From a virus: a stretch of DNA of 64,000 nt. The first letter of the stretch is position 1. Each line of letters begins with the position of its first letter. Location: the IMG/VR virus record IMGVR_UViG_3300006615_000024; one strand, 5' to 3'. Below the pieces are notes generated by a model. That model searched no databases, was not told the DNA's origin, and saw nothing but the letters and a program-made list of their open reading frames with translations. Shown here piece by piece: positions 38,991-48,269 of the stretch. The translations under genes and the position numbers were made by a program.

Positions 38991-39865
38991 TCTCTTATTC
39001 CTCCAATTATTTTATTTACATTATATTTATTCAAGATAGTTCTTTCTATCTGTATTAGTTCACATATTTTTCTTATGTGTATTCTCAATGTTACTTCACT
39101 AATATTGACTGTTGATGCTAGTTCTCTCTGTAATACAGGATAATCTAACATTTTACATGCAATATATACTGCTCCTGCGATTTCACCATTACCCACTCTA
39201 ACGTTAACAGTTTCATAATAGTTAGATACATAGTCAACGAATGTATAAACAGGTTTTCTATCTTTGATATCTGCCCCTGACTTATCTAAACATACAGTCA
39301 CTACATCATGAACATCTCTAACACCAAAGATATGAGACTTACGATAGAACTTGGCTATCTTTTTAGAAGCCCTCATTATCTTACTTCTATGAACCCCTGT
39401 TGTTTTCTGTAAAGACTTGAGCGATACAAAAATACTTTCATCCTTTAGAATGAAGTATGCTAAACCTGCGGCTCTAACTTCTGTTGGTAGACCAACTAAT
39501 ACTCTATTTCGTTGTAACTCTTGATAGTAGTGTTCTACCTCTCTTCTTAATGAGAGTTTATACGGTTTGTAAGGAGATAGATACATCATACATGTATTGT
39601 GAGTTGCTATATCTCCTTCTGACCAAAACTTACTCTTTGCCTCGGTCTTAATATGGTTGAGTCTTAGATTATGTTTTACAGACGTTTTACTTCTATTACC
39701 GAATTGTATTGTACTGCCCATACCATATTTAGAATCTGATTCCATTGCACTAGATGTTTCCTCGAATATCTCGACATTAAGCACAAGACCACAATCAGAA
39801 CATATGTGGTAGCCCAACCTATCATCAAACGATGATTCAGTTGAGCCACACTCCATACACTTCAC
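38987..39865 (-). CDS. tfb: Transcription initiation factor B (TFB/TFIIB) homologue
   Basis: N-terminal Zn ribbon CMECG...CSDCGLV; two cyclin-like repeats (AAGLAYFI; AGAVYIACK...QRELA...ISEVTLR). Confidence 0.85.
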   Translation of the reverse strand: MKCMECGSTESSFDDRLGYHICSDCGLVLNVEIFEETSSAMESDSKYGMGSTIQFGNRSKTSVKHNLRLNHIKTEAKSKFWSEGDIATHNTCMMYLSPYKPYKLSLRREVEHYYQELQRNRVLVGLPTEVRAAGLAYFILKDESIFVSLKSLQKTTGVHRSKIMRASKKIAKFYRKSHIFGVRDVHDVVTVCLDKSGADIKDRKPVYTFVDYVSNYYETVNVRVGNGEIAGAVYIACKMLDYPVLQRELASTVNISEVTLRIHIRKICELIQIERTILNKYNVNKIIGGIRE

Positions 39866-41166
39866 GCTTTAGCCTCCAATGCTTTCTTTGCCGCATAGTC
39901 CTGTTCTTTCTGTTTAGACCAAGAGTTTAGTTTGGACATATCCATACGGTAATTATCAGGGTTTACTAGGTTTCTTTCAGATGCTTGCTTCACGTAATCA
40001 ACAATAGTATAGATACTCTTGGCAGATGTTTCATCATTCATTAGTGCTAATGCTCTAGCAGTTAATTGGTCGCCAATGCTTGAGTTCCTATGAATATTAT
40101 CAATACATATTGGGCCAGTGAGTGAATGACCTTTCCAAGTTTTAGAATCGTCTGAATCTTTACCATTAATCAAGTATGTGTTAACATTCTGATGACCAAG
40201 TTTCATACCTTTCTTCTCATCAACAACAACCCAATCAGCAACTTTACCTCTAACGAATAGAGCCTTGTTCATTGGGTTTCTGAATTGAACCAATCTAATG
40301 TTTGGATATTCAGCATCCATATCATGTAGTAGTTTTGTTGCTCTGTCTTCAACCATATTCTGCTTTCTGTTTTGCATTAACCATGCTACACATAACTTTA
40401 GTTCTGTTGGACTGGGCATATTACCCATTAGTAATCGCCATAGTTTTGAGGGGTCTGCTCTGTACCAAGTCTTGGACTTTGATTGACCAAATCTAAATGT
40501 ATTAATGAAGACATTCAAATCTTTAAGGGTAATAGCACCCCAAACACCTTCTGAAATCTCTAATGCACATTCAGTCTCACTGATAACTTTAGTGTTAATC
40601 AACACCTCATGCCTTTCACCTACATGATAAAAGTTGTAATTACTTCTATTCTCAATAGCATGAAGAACATTAGGTGGATAGTGAACAACCTTCTCAATAT
40701 AATCATCCATTACAAGAACGTCTCTTACAAACGCACCACGTATTATTATCTTGGATAGAACAACTGCGAGGTCTTTCTTACTTACCCTAACTCCATCAAT
40801 ATGGTGTCCACTGCCCTTTCGACCATAAACAATAATACTTTCACCGTTATGATATTTGAAAGTTATAGTGTTCAAGAAGTTTTCATTCTGTATTTTAGTC
40901 AACAAAGCGTTAGTTATTAGTGCAGAAGTACTTGTTAGTACAGGGTCTTGTTCACCTTTAACATTTGATAGGCTTGGCCTAGTTACTTGCCACTGTAATT
41001 CTCCAAATTGATTTAAACTATTTCTATTAGTTCTGAACTTATTTGTATGTTGATGCCAAACACTTCTAAACAAGTTTTTCTTTGAAGACCTCAATAAAAA
41101 ACTACTAGTTGTGTAATTCCTTGTGTCATCTCCCACTGAGGGAATTATTACTTTTATTTTTACCAT
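39862..41166 (-). CDS. Hypothetical protein with a possible C-terminal E2-like (UBC) domain
   Basis: GPICIDN resembles the E2 active-site GxICL/ID motif; located between the E1 and Ubl genes. Confidence 0.4.
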   Translation of the reverse strand: MVKIKVIIPSVGDDTRNYTTSSFLLRSSKKNLFRSVWHQHTNKFRTNRNSLNQFGELQWQVTRPSLSNVKGEQDPVLTSTSALITNALLTKIQNENFLNTITFKYHNGESIIVYGRKGSGHHIDGVRVSKKDLAVVLSKIIIRGAFVRDVLVMDDYIEKVVHYPPNVLHAIENRSNYNFYHVGERHEVLINTKVISETECALEISEGVWGAITLKDLNVFINTFRFGQSKSKTWYRADPSKLWRLLMGNMPSPTELKLCVAWLMQNRKQNMVEDRATKLLHDMDAEYPNIRLVQFRNPMNKALFVRGKVADWVVVDEKKGMKLGHQNVNTYLINGKDSDDSKTWKGHSLTGPICIDNIHRNSSIGDQLTARALALMNDETSAKSIYTIVDYVKQASERNLVNPDNYRMDMSKLNSWSKQKEQDYAAKKALEAKA

Positions 41167-41449
41167 TTTTATTCACCTTTTTATTTTCTTTTTCCCAATG
41201 TTTGGCATCACCATAATTGTGTAAATACCATGCGTCTCTTTCTATATGAGAGGCAAGTTCTTCCATTGATTTGAAAGAACTATGCCCTCCTACAACAGCA
41301 CGTTCCATAGAATAATACAACTTATTGTATCTGAGATTACCACTCTTGTATAGTTTGAAACTCTTATCTAACAAAACCCTCTGAGGGATAGTTACACTAG
41401 TCCTAATAACATACTCAAAGTTAAGGAAATCTCTTTCTTTAATTAACAT
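41126..41449 (-). CDS. Hypothetical protein with an internal AVVGG
   Basis: 107-aa ORF between nrdJ and the E2-like gene. Confidence 0.5.
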   Translation of the reverse strand: MLIKERDFLNFEYVIRTSVTIPQRVLLDKSFKLYKSGNLRYNKLYYSMERAVVGGHSSFKSMEELASHIERDAWYLHNYGDAKHWEKENKKVNKNGKNKSNNSLSGR

Positions 41450-43351
41450 CTATACTTCACATGCTCCACCTGCACAGGCTATTTCGCCCTGAAGGTTGGT
41501 GGTATCCTCCAATTCTATTACTTCAGTCAAATCTATTGGGTGTAGTTGTTTGACCATTTCATTATATCTTTCTTCATCTATCTCCTCAAACGGGGCTTGC
41601 TTATATTCTCCACCGTTGTAAGGTAAGAAAGACATACCATTGTATGAATGTCTATTATCCCATAACCATTGAGTTACTTCTTTCCATTCTGTTGGTTTAA
41701 CGTAAACAGTCGCCGAAACATTATGTCCATTGTTTCCTCTACGATGCCCAGTTTTAACCCAATTCTCAGAAACAAACTTCACACGTTCTAACATCTCTAA
41801 AGCAGTTTCATCTGCTCTTGTTGTCACATTATCGTATGGAATAGTTTGTGGTATAGACAGTACTGCACTCTCATCTTCTTTACCTATTTCATCTTCAACC
41901 AAATTAGGAAGTTTCTCTAACAAGTAAGGATAGATTGCTTCACTCTTACCTACACGAACCGACCTAATGTAGTACTTACCATACCATGCATGAATACCAC
42001 TAGAAGTTCCTAAAACACAACTAGTTGTTCCTGCGGGTTTAACGCACGTAGTTCTAGCGGCTTCGTTAATACCAAGTATCTTGGCGTAAGTAGCATTAGT
42101 TGTCTTAACTAACATTGCCGCTTTATTATACCAAGAACCTTCTACTTTGTTACTAGCAATACCTGTCATACCAATACCAATAAGAGCATCTTTCTCGGTG
42201 TTTCTTCTCCAAACTTCTCTAAGATAGTGAAAGTCAGTATATGTTGCTTGTACTGTTCCTAAGAATGTAGCCGCTTCTACACGTTGTAGTAAATCATTTT
42301 CATCTTCAACATTGGATACATTAACTTCGCAAAGATTGCAGAATTGATAGGGGCGTAGTCCAATCTCTACACAAGGATTTGTACCCCAATCTTTGTCATT
42401 AGTCAGGTAAACGCCGGGTTCTCCTGAAAAACTATTAGCAACATTAGACATTAGTTCTTTGAAGAAATCTTCAGTAACTCTATGCCTTAATACAACTGCT
42501 GAATTGTTCGCTCTATATCTTTGAGCATTACCTTCTTCAGCAAAGTTACCTGCTTTAGCGTTAATCATCTCTCTATCATCAGCACTGAATAAACTAATTA
42601 AAGCAGAACGGCGAATACCACCTGATAAAACAGTATCAGCAATATAGCACATCATATCATGTGCTTCGATTGGTTTAATCTTATGACCTTCTTCCATCTC
42701 GTTGAACATTCCTTGAATGATAACAATACATTTCTTTAGTGGTTCAGGGCCGGGTGCATTTCCACCTGTTGTTTTGAGTCTAGCACCTTTAGGTCTAACA
42801 TCAGAATAGTCGAATCTAGGCACTGTTGTTCTCTTACCTGTGTAACTATCAAAGAGTACTCTTATTGCTTCAGCCCAACCTTCAATAGTGTCGGCTACCT
42901 TATACCTATATGTTCTATCAGCACTAGGCTTTCTAACAACAGGTAGTTTGTCAATGTGATGTTTCTGTACCGAGAAGCCAACTCCTGTCCCGCCTAATAG
43001 TAAGAACATCGCTTCACTAAAGGATAACGTACTATCTACTGGTAAGAATGCACAATTGTATATTCTGTTTGGAGATACTTCTATTGGCTTTCCGCCAAAC
43101 TGCATTGAACGCATTGATGGAAGTATCTTTCGAGTCTTAACAAAGTCTTCATACACTTCATATAATTTAGTTGCAACAACAACAGAATTATCTGTATCTA
43201 GGTCTAATTTTTGTTTAATATGTTTAAGATGCATATCCCGATTTCTATCGCAAATCTCATCCCATGTTTCTTTTCGTTGTTCTGTTTCTAGCCACTTAGC
43301 ATACTTCATATTCTCTACGGTTTCTGCTAGTACTTCATTTCCTAATTTCAT
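41450..43351 (-). CDS. nrdJ: Class II (B12-dependent) ribonucleotide reductase
   Basis: YNCAF, GTGVGFS, GGIRRSA, TNPCVEI, VKPAGTTS, C-terminal CAGGAC. Confidence 0.95.
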   Translation of the reverse strand: MKLGNEVLAETVENMKYAKWLETEQRKETWDEICDRNRDMHLKHIKQKLDLDTDNSVVVATKLYEVYEDFVKTRKILPSMRSMQFGGKPIEVSPNRIYNCAFLPVDSTLSFSEAMFLLLGGTGVGFSVQKHHIDKLPVVRKPSADRTYRYKVADTIEGWAEAIRVLFDSYTGKRTTVPRFDYSDVRPKGARLKTTGGNAPGPEPLKKCIVIIQGMFNEMEEGHKIKPIEAHDMMCYIADTVLSGGIRRSALISLFSADDREMINAKAGNFAEEGNAQRYRANNSAVVLRHRVTEDFFKELMSNVANSFSGEPGVYLTNDKDWGTNPCVEIGLRPYQFCNLCEVNVSNVEDENDLLQRVEAATFLGTVQATYTDFHYLREVWRRNTEKDALIGIGMTGIASNKVEGSWYNKAAMLVKTTNATYAKILGINEAARTTCVKPAGTTSCVLGTSSGIHAWYGKYYIRSVRVGKSEAIYPYLLEKLPNLVEDEIGKEDESAVLSIPQTIPYDNVTTRADETALEMLERVKFVSENWVKTGHRRGNNGHNVSATVYVKPTEWKEVTQWLWDNRHSYNGMSFLPYNGGEYKQAPFEEIDEERYNEMVKQLHPIDLTEVIELEDTTNLQGEIACAGGACEV

Positions 43352-43517
43352 TTTCCTTCTCTCCTTTAATAAGTGTTTTTAGTAGGCATTTCACCTACTT
43401 GACATCTGCCCCGATGCTAGGACTACAAACGTGCGTGATACAGCATATAGTAGTTATCTCCCAAGTGTATATACCACAAGGGGTTTCTTGAAAATCCGAC
43501 TTGTTTTATTTATCGAA

Positions 43518-43718
43518 TTAATAGCCGCCGACAATAGCAGGGACTAGGTTCACATTATCAACAGTTGACCAATCTATGTTGGTTATGTTCTGTCTGCTTA
43601 CCATATCACCGTCAACATAAACCCAATGAGTTGGGTGTTCTGCTATCTGCTCAATCATCTCTGCACTAGATACTTCTAGTTCAGTGTGGCCTGTTTCATT
43701 CATTATTCGCAATTTCAT
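43518..43718 (-). CDS. Ubiquitin-like beta-grasp protein (ThiS/MoaD/SAMP-like) ending in GG-Y
   Basis: 66 aa: beta-beta-alpha, WVYVDGDMV, terminal strand VNLVPAIVGG followed by one extra Tyr. Confidence 0.8.
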   Translation of the reverse strand: MKLRIMNETGHTELEVSSAEMIEQIAEHPTHWVYVDGDMVSRQNITNIDWSTVDNVNLVPAIVGGY

Positions 43719-43750
43719 TTTTATTACCTCTTTTTTTTGTTCAACTATTT

Positions 43751-44026
43751 TTAAGACTCTGTTGACTGTCTTGCTTGGTTAAGCGTATTCTCTAATGATG
43801 AAATGTAGGATTTTAAGTCCTTCTTATCACCAAGGAGTTGTATCTGCATTGACTCGTAAACTTCAACCTTCTGTCTGAATGCTTGAATAGTTCCTTCTAA
43901 TCCTTTAGCATATTCTAGAAGACGATTGAAATCTTCTTGCAATGTGTTTACGGGTGTTTGCTCCACCACTGCTTCTTCTGTCACTTCTTCAGTTTCTTCT
44001 TTCATTTCCTTATTCTTCTTACTCAT
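43751..44026 (-). CDS. Coiled-coil hypothetical protein
   Basis: Heptad pattern, 91 aa. Confidence 0.6.
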   Translation of the reverse strand: MSKKNKEMKEETEEVTEEAVVEQTPVNTLQEDFNRLLEYAKGLEGTIQAFRQKVEVYESMQIQLLGDKKDLKSYISSLENTLNQARQSTES

Positions 44027-45212
44027 GAACTTCCCTCCATGTACCTTTTCTTACTACTGGCCAAGCATCAGTTTTTTTTAATACTTCTATCTCCTTAGAT
44101 GCTTGTTGTTTAGTAAGTAATGTCATATCCCCTTCATATCCTAATCCTTTTAGAAAGTTAAGTTGTGGCTCTGTTGCCTTGGTAGTCTTACGTGTCAGTA
44201 AAATCTCCTTTAACCTTTCGGCTTGCTTTACTGTTGGTTCGCCTCCTCTAGTGAATAATCGCTTCATATCTCTCAAAAAACCACGTTCCCAAGAATTAAT
44301 ACCATCTTCAAACGCATCAAAAACAGGGAAGCCAAAGTAGAGACATGCTTCCATAAACCTACGTTCTGCTACATCATGCTCTCTGAGTTTACTCATCTTA
44401 TCCTTAATGTCTAAGTCCAAGTTTTCTAGGAATACTTTCCTGTCTTCTACATACTTGTCCTCAACACCTAGTTGTTCTAGATAGTCATCAATGTATATTG
44501 AAAATAAATCCATATCACCTAACAACTTATCGTTAGGATAACCTCTAGTCTTACTCTGCGCTCTCTTGTTATCAGGATGATTCCATCTCCAAACAATAGA
44601 AGCCATTTGATAATCCTCTCTACCGAACTTACCTGAGCCTGTTTTTCTAATGTAAGTTACAGGACGGTATTCTTTGAGTTCAGTGTCATAGTATTTCTTA
44701 TCTGTCTTCTTAACGTTAAGTCTCAAGTCTAGGTCTTTGATTTCATCAAACAGGTTAGTAAACTCTTCACCTTCATCGTCCCACCATGCCTCTTTAATCA
44801 AAGTCTGAACAGCAACGTTCTTCCACTCTTCTATCTTTTCTTCAGTGATAGCACTAATAGGGATATTAAGTGTCTCAGACATGTGTCTTAGAACCATCCA
44901 ATTGTTAATACAAGTTGAACCAACAATCTCCTTAACATTGTTTACCGTGTTCTCTATTTCAAAGTGGTAAACAATATCTTTACCACATAGACAATTATGT
45001 GGATGACCACTAGGATGATTTAGAATAATATCTCTATATCTTCCATAAGGCGACCTCTTCCAAACATTACCTGTGATACGCCATTCTTTCTTTGCTATCT
45101 CATAGTCATCCGACTCAGATAATGCTAACAATCTTGAAGTTAAAGCAGGGTAATTATTACCTCTCTTTAAGTTCCTTTCATTATCTATATCATTCATCTG
45201 AATCTTCCCCAA
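44019..45212 (-). CDS. Hypothetical protein with a CxCG...VGSxC Zn motif and a C-terminal ATxxQ helical module
   Basis: NCLCGKDI...IVGSTCI; KATEPQLNFLKGLGY...TKQQASKEI. Confidence 0.6.
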   Translation of the reverse strand: MGKIQMNDIDNERNLKRGNNYPALTSRLLALSESDDYEIAKKEWRITGNVWKRSPYGRYRDIILNHPSGHPHNCLCGKDIVYHFEIENTVNNVKEIVGSTCINNWMVLRHMSETLNIPISAITEEKIEEWKNVAVQTLIKEAWWDDEGEEFTNLFDEIKDLDLRLNVKKTDKKYYDTELKEYRPVTYIRKTGSGKFGREDYQMASIVWRWNHPDNKRAQSKTRGYPNDKLLGDMDLFSIYIDDYLEQLGVEDKYVEDRKVFLENLDLDIKDKMSKLREHDVAERRFMEACLYFGFPVFDAFEDGINSWERGFLRDMKRLFTRGGEPTVKQAERLKEILLTRKTTKATEPQLNFLKGLGYEGDMTLLTKQQASKEIEVLKKTDAWPVVRKGTWREVHE

Positions 45213-45429
45213 TTGTTTTAACAGTATCGCCCATTTCAGTGATTAGCATTTGTACTCTAGATAAAGTTACTAAAGTTAAATGTCTTGAATCTCTAGCCAA
45301 GTTCTGAATCATAGCATCTGTTTTAATAATCTGTTCCATACATTCTGTTACCATCTGTGAGGGAAACTCTACTGCGGTTGTAATTTTCTCAGTTAGTTCC
45401 TTAATATCTTTAGTTATATCTTCACTCAT
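45190..45429 (-). CDS. Hypothetical protein
   Basis: 79-aa ORF. Confidence 0.55.
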   Translation of the reverse strand: MSEDITKDIKELTEKITTAVEFPSQMVTECMEQIIKTDAMIQNLARDSRHLTLVTLSRVQMLITEMGDTVKTIGEDSDE

Positions 45430-45677
45430 TCTAAATCCATCCTTTCATTGTTTCTCTGTTCTCTCAAGAATCCATCTAGAAGCATGTCTATCTTACCATA
45501 CAGTGCTTCAGGCAAACCACCAATTGTCTTTCTATTCAGCGATAGCCAAATTAAAAAGCGTTGGTTAAGTACTACCTTAACTTCATCATTGTCATTCATC
45601 GTTATTACCATAGGTGGCATTTCATCATCATTTACCATCCTAAACTCAACATTACTTTCTTGTTTTATCATTTTCAT
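45426..45677 (-). CDS. Hypothetical protein
   Basis: 83-aa ORF with a GGAGG SD. Confidence 0.55.
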   Translation of the reverse strand: MKMIKQESNVEFRMVNDDEMPPMVITMNDNDEVKVVLNQRFLIWLSLNRKTIGGLPEALYGKIDMLLDGFLREQRNNERMDLE

Positions 45678-45877
45678 TCCTCCAATAAATACTACCTTGA
45701 TTGTAGTATATCTTTCCTATTTTCATTTTTTATTCCTTCTTTATTTCTTATTCTTTCCGAGAGTATTTAAACTCTACATTCACTGTTAATTCACTCAGAC
45801 GTCATCGTTCCCTGTACCGTCACTAGTCCAGTTCCAAGGTGTTGCTATCTGATACATCGTTTTTAATATTCCAAACA

Positions 45878-46078
45878 TTATATTCTTCCTCCTTCATCTA
45901 TTATTTCTTTTATCACGCCATCCATAGTGACCCCAATCACTAAGATAGCATCTTCTATTATCTGTTTTCTTACAGGTTTAAGTTCAGGCAACTTCTCATA
46001 TGCCTCAACCATACCATTGTAATGATTCTTCATTTTCTCTACATTGACTGCTATTATATCTCTCATATCATCTGACAT
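45878..46078 (-). CDS. Hypothetical protein
   Basis: 66-aa ORF. Confidence 0.5.
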   Translation of the reverse strand: MSDDMRDIIAVNVEKMKNHYNGMVEAYEKLPELKPVRKQIIEDAILVIGVTMDGVIKEIIDEGGRI

Positions 46079-46080
46079 TG

Positions 46081-46380
46081 CTATTCCTCTTCATCAGACC
46101 ATTGTCTTTTGAATCTTCTAATCAAATGGTCAAGGTTCTTCTTTGTGCAAGCAGATACAAAGTTTTGTCCTCCACGAAGAAAGACTACTACCTTGTAGTA
46201 CTTTGGTCTTCCATGTTCACCTAATCTGTCACCATAGAACAACCTATTCATTTCATCTGTTTCTTTCAGATTAGACCAAGTAAATGCTTGAATCTCTTTC
46301 ACCGAAAGAAGTGCATTCTTGAATCTAATATACTGCTTGTCTCTCTCTAACATGTTAGGGTCTGATAGCAGTCGTAACAT
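46081..46380 (-). CDS. Hypothetical protein
   Basis: 99-aa ORF. Confidence 0.55.
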   Translation of the reverse strand: MLRLLSDPNMLERDKQYIRFKNALLSVKEIQAFTWSNLKETDEMNRLFYGDRLGEHGRPKYYKVVVFLRGGQNFVSACTKKNLDHLIRRFKRQWSDEEE

Positions 46381-46434
46381 GTATCTTTGGGTTGGTTAGT
46401 CCAAATAGCCTTTCTAACAAGACATATTTCACAT

Positions 46435-46623
46435 CTACCTATTATCTTCTTGGTCATCGCCTTCAACCTCTATACCATGTCTCTCATAGAACTTCTGCAT
46501 GACACAAAGACACTCTTCAACTTCATATTCACCATACTTTGTTTGTACAGCAACTTGTTCTGTGTCATTACAGATGTTACAGTAAAACTCTTTATTATTT
46601 AATTTATTGTTACTTATTACCAT
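46435..46623 (-). CDS. Small Cys-containing protein
   Basis: CNIC...CLC. Confidence 0.5.
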   Translation of the reverse strand: MVISNNKLNNKEFYCNICNDTEQVAVQTKYGEYEVEECLCVMQKFYERHGIEVEGDDQEDNR

Positions 46624-46856
46624 TTTAATTCCTCTTACTCTTTATCTCATTTATAATAGAAATAAACTAATTCTTGTGAAAAATAAATCCTGAGACTACT
46701 TAAACTGTACAAAATAGCACATTGTTTGTGCTTTTTACATAAAATAGTTTATTTCTATTACATTTAATGTCGGGAAGTGATTATGCGGAGAGAGCAACAC
46801 CACGATTTTTGAGAATCTCACTAATTACTGTGGAAACCGACTTGATTATGTTTGGG

Positions 46857-47420
46857 TCAAAGACCCCATTTTTCTTTAAGAGTATTGATAACAACTTTAA
46901 TGTCCATAATTCTCTCTGAATTAGTCAGGGATGTATTTCTAAACTTTGTAACTGACTTGTTTAATTCATCAATATTCTCTAGTATTGAAGACACACTATC
47001 CTTGTCTTCTCTCAATTTCTTGTTTTCCTTATTGACGGCTTTGACTATTTTCTTTAATTCCTTGACCTCTTTCTTTAATTCCTTGAGTTCCTTTTCGACC
47101 TTAGACCTACCATTACTCTTACCCAACAAACCCTCTGAATCTCTTTCCATTAAATCAACAATGAAAAGTCTCATCTCTTCGGTGTTTGTATTTCTCGCAT
47201 ATCTGTTTCTTAGATTCTTAGGTTCAGTTGCGTTGTTTTCAACAGCATCGTCAGGCTTGTGTTCAGCACAATATACATGCTTCATTGAGAATCCCTCAAA
47301 AGGGATATTGCATCTATGTCCATCCTCTTTGATGAACGCACAATAACGTTCTGATTTACGATGCATCTTATTATTTGCATTTCTATTCATATTTCTATTA
47401 TTATTATTAAATCGTGTCAT
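46857..47420 (-). CDS. C3H Zn-finger plus coiled-coil protein
   Basis: CAFIKEDGHRC...YCAEH; KELKELKKEVKELKK. Confidence 0.6.
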   Translation of the reverse strand: MTRFNNNNRNMNRNANNKMHRKSERYCAFIKEDGHRCNIPFEGFSMKHVYCAEHKPDDAVENNATEPKNLRNRYARNTNTEEMRLFIVDLMERDSEGLLGKSNGRSKVEKELKELKKEVKELKKIVKAVNKENKKLREDKDSVSSILENIDELNKSVTKFRNTSLTNSERIMDIKVVINTLKEKWGL

Positions 47421-47431
47421 TACTATCTCTC

Positions 47432-47968
47432 CTAAAACCTAGCATACTGATTCACATGTTTGGCATACCAAGAAGGTGGATTTAACGGCCACCTCCATGT
47501 TGCAAACCAATACTTGTCGTGAATGTAATATGCTCTATACTTCTCAACAGTTGATAAACTATCAAAGTTTTCCACTGCACTTCTGCATTTTTGGTTCTCA
47601 CTAATTGCTACTGCGAATGGGGTTAACCCATCATCAGGTAACAAGGTTAGAACCTTCTCTATTTCTTCTGCAAACTCTTTCATTGAGAGTTCGACTTTGT
47701 GAACTTTACCATATCTACGAGTGTACTCTTTGCACAACTCATCTGCATGGTCTAGTAAAAATTGCATATTCTGTTTTGTCTCTCTTGACCAAATGGTACA
47801 AGGATGATTCAACATAACAGGTTTGTAAGGACTCTTCAACCCATACAAGTTTAGTATTGTTGAAATCATCTGTAAACTTTCAGTTGGCATTTTTACTACG
47901 TGTTTGTCTGCCATCATTCTAGCACTTTCTCTAGGGCAGTTATCTAATACGAATATGTTCATCTTCAA
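47432..47968 (-). CDS. Pyrimidine-dimer DNA glycosylase family protein (DenV/Pyr_excise-like)
   Basis: MNIFVLD...DKHVVKM..ES.QM.ST...HPCTIW...EYTRRYGKVH. Confidence 0.8.
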   Translation of the reverse strand: MKMNIFVLDNCPRESARMMADKHVVKMPTESLQMISTILNLYGLKSPYKPVMLNHPCTIWSRETKQNMQFLLDHADELCKEYTRRYGKVHKVELSMKEFAEEIEKVLTLLPDDGLTPFAVAISENQKCRSAVENFDSLSTVEKYRAYYIHDKYWFATWRWPLNPPSWYAKHVNQYARF

Positions 47969-48246
47969 TATCCCCTTGGGTCAATTGGTTCTGCGATACT
48001 TGGTGAATAAACATAAGGAGACATGAATGCTTCCTGCTTCCAATGATATACAGGATAGCCATTCTTTTTAGCCCAAGCGTATATCTTTGATTTATTACTT
48101 GTCGTAATATCTCGCTCTCTATGTAAAATCATACCACCTAAGTTTGGAGAATCAAATACTGACACTTTCATGTGAGTATGATACCTATCAGTTACCATGT
48201 GTATGTATGTCTTGTTTTCTACAAATCCGTTTTTATTTATTTTCAT
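47965..48246 (-). CDS. Hypothetical protein
   Basis: 93-aa ORF with an AGGAGAG SD; first gene of the long minus-strand block. Confidence 0.55.
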   Translation of the reverse strand: MKINKNGFVENKTYIHMVTDRYHTHMKVSVFDSPNLGGMILHRERDITTSNKSKIYAWAKKNGYPVYHWKQEAFMSPYVYSPSIAEPIDPRGY

Positions 48247-48269
48247 TTTTATTTCTCTCCTTTTTTTGA

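Noticed and set aside
25938-45836. Shared 11-mer AGTCCAGTTCC in two apparent intergenic gaps (about 25939 and 45825)
   Set aside because: Both fall inside small ORFs in different reading frames (GTGL vs WNWT); consistent with chance
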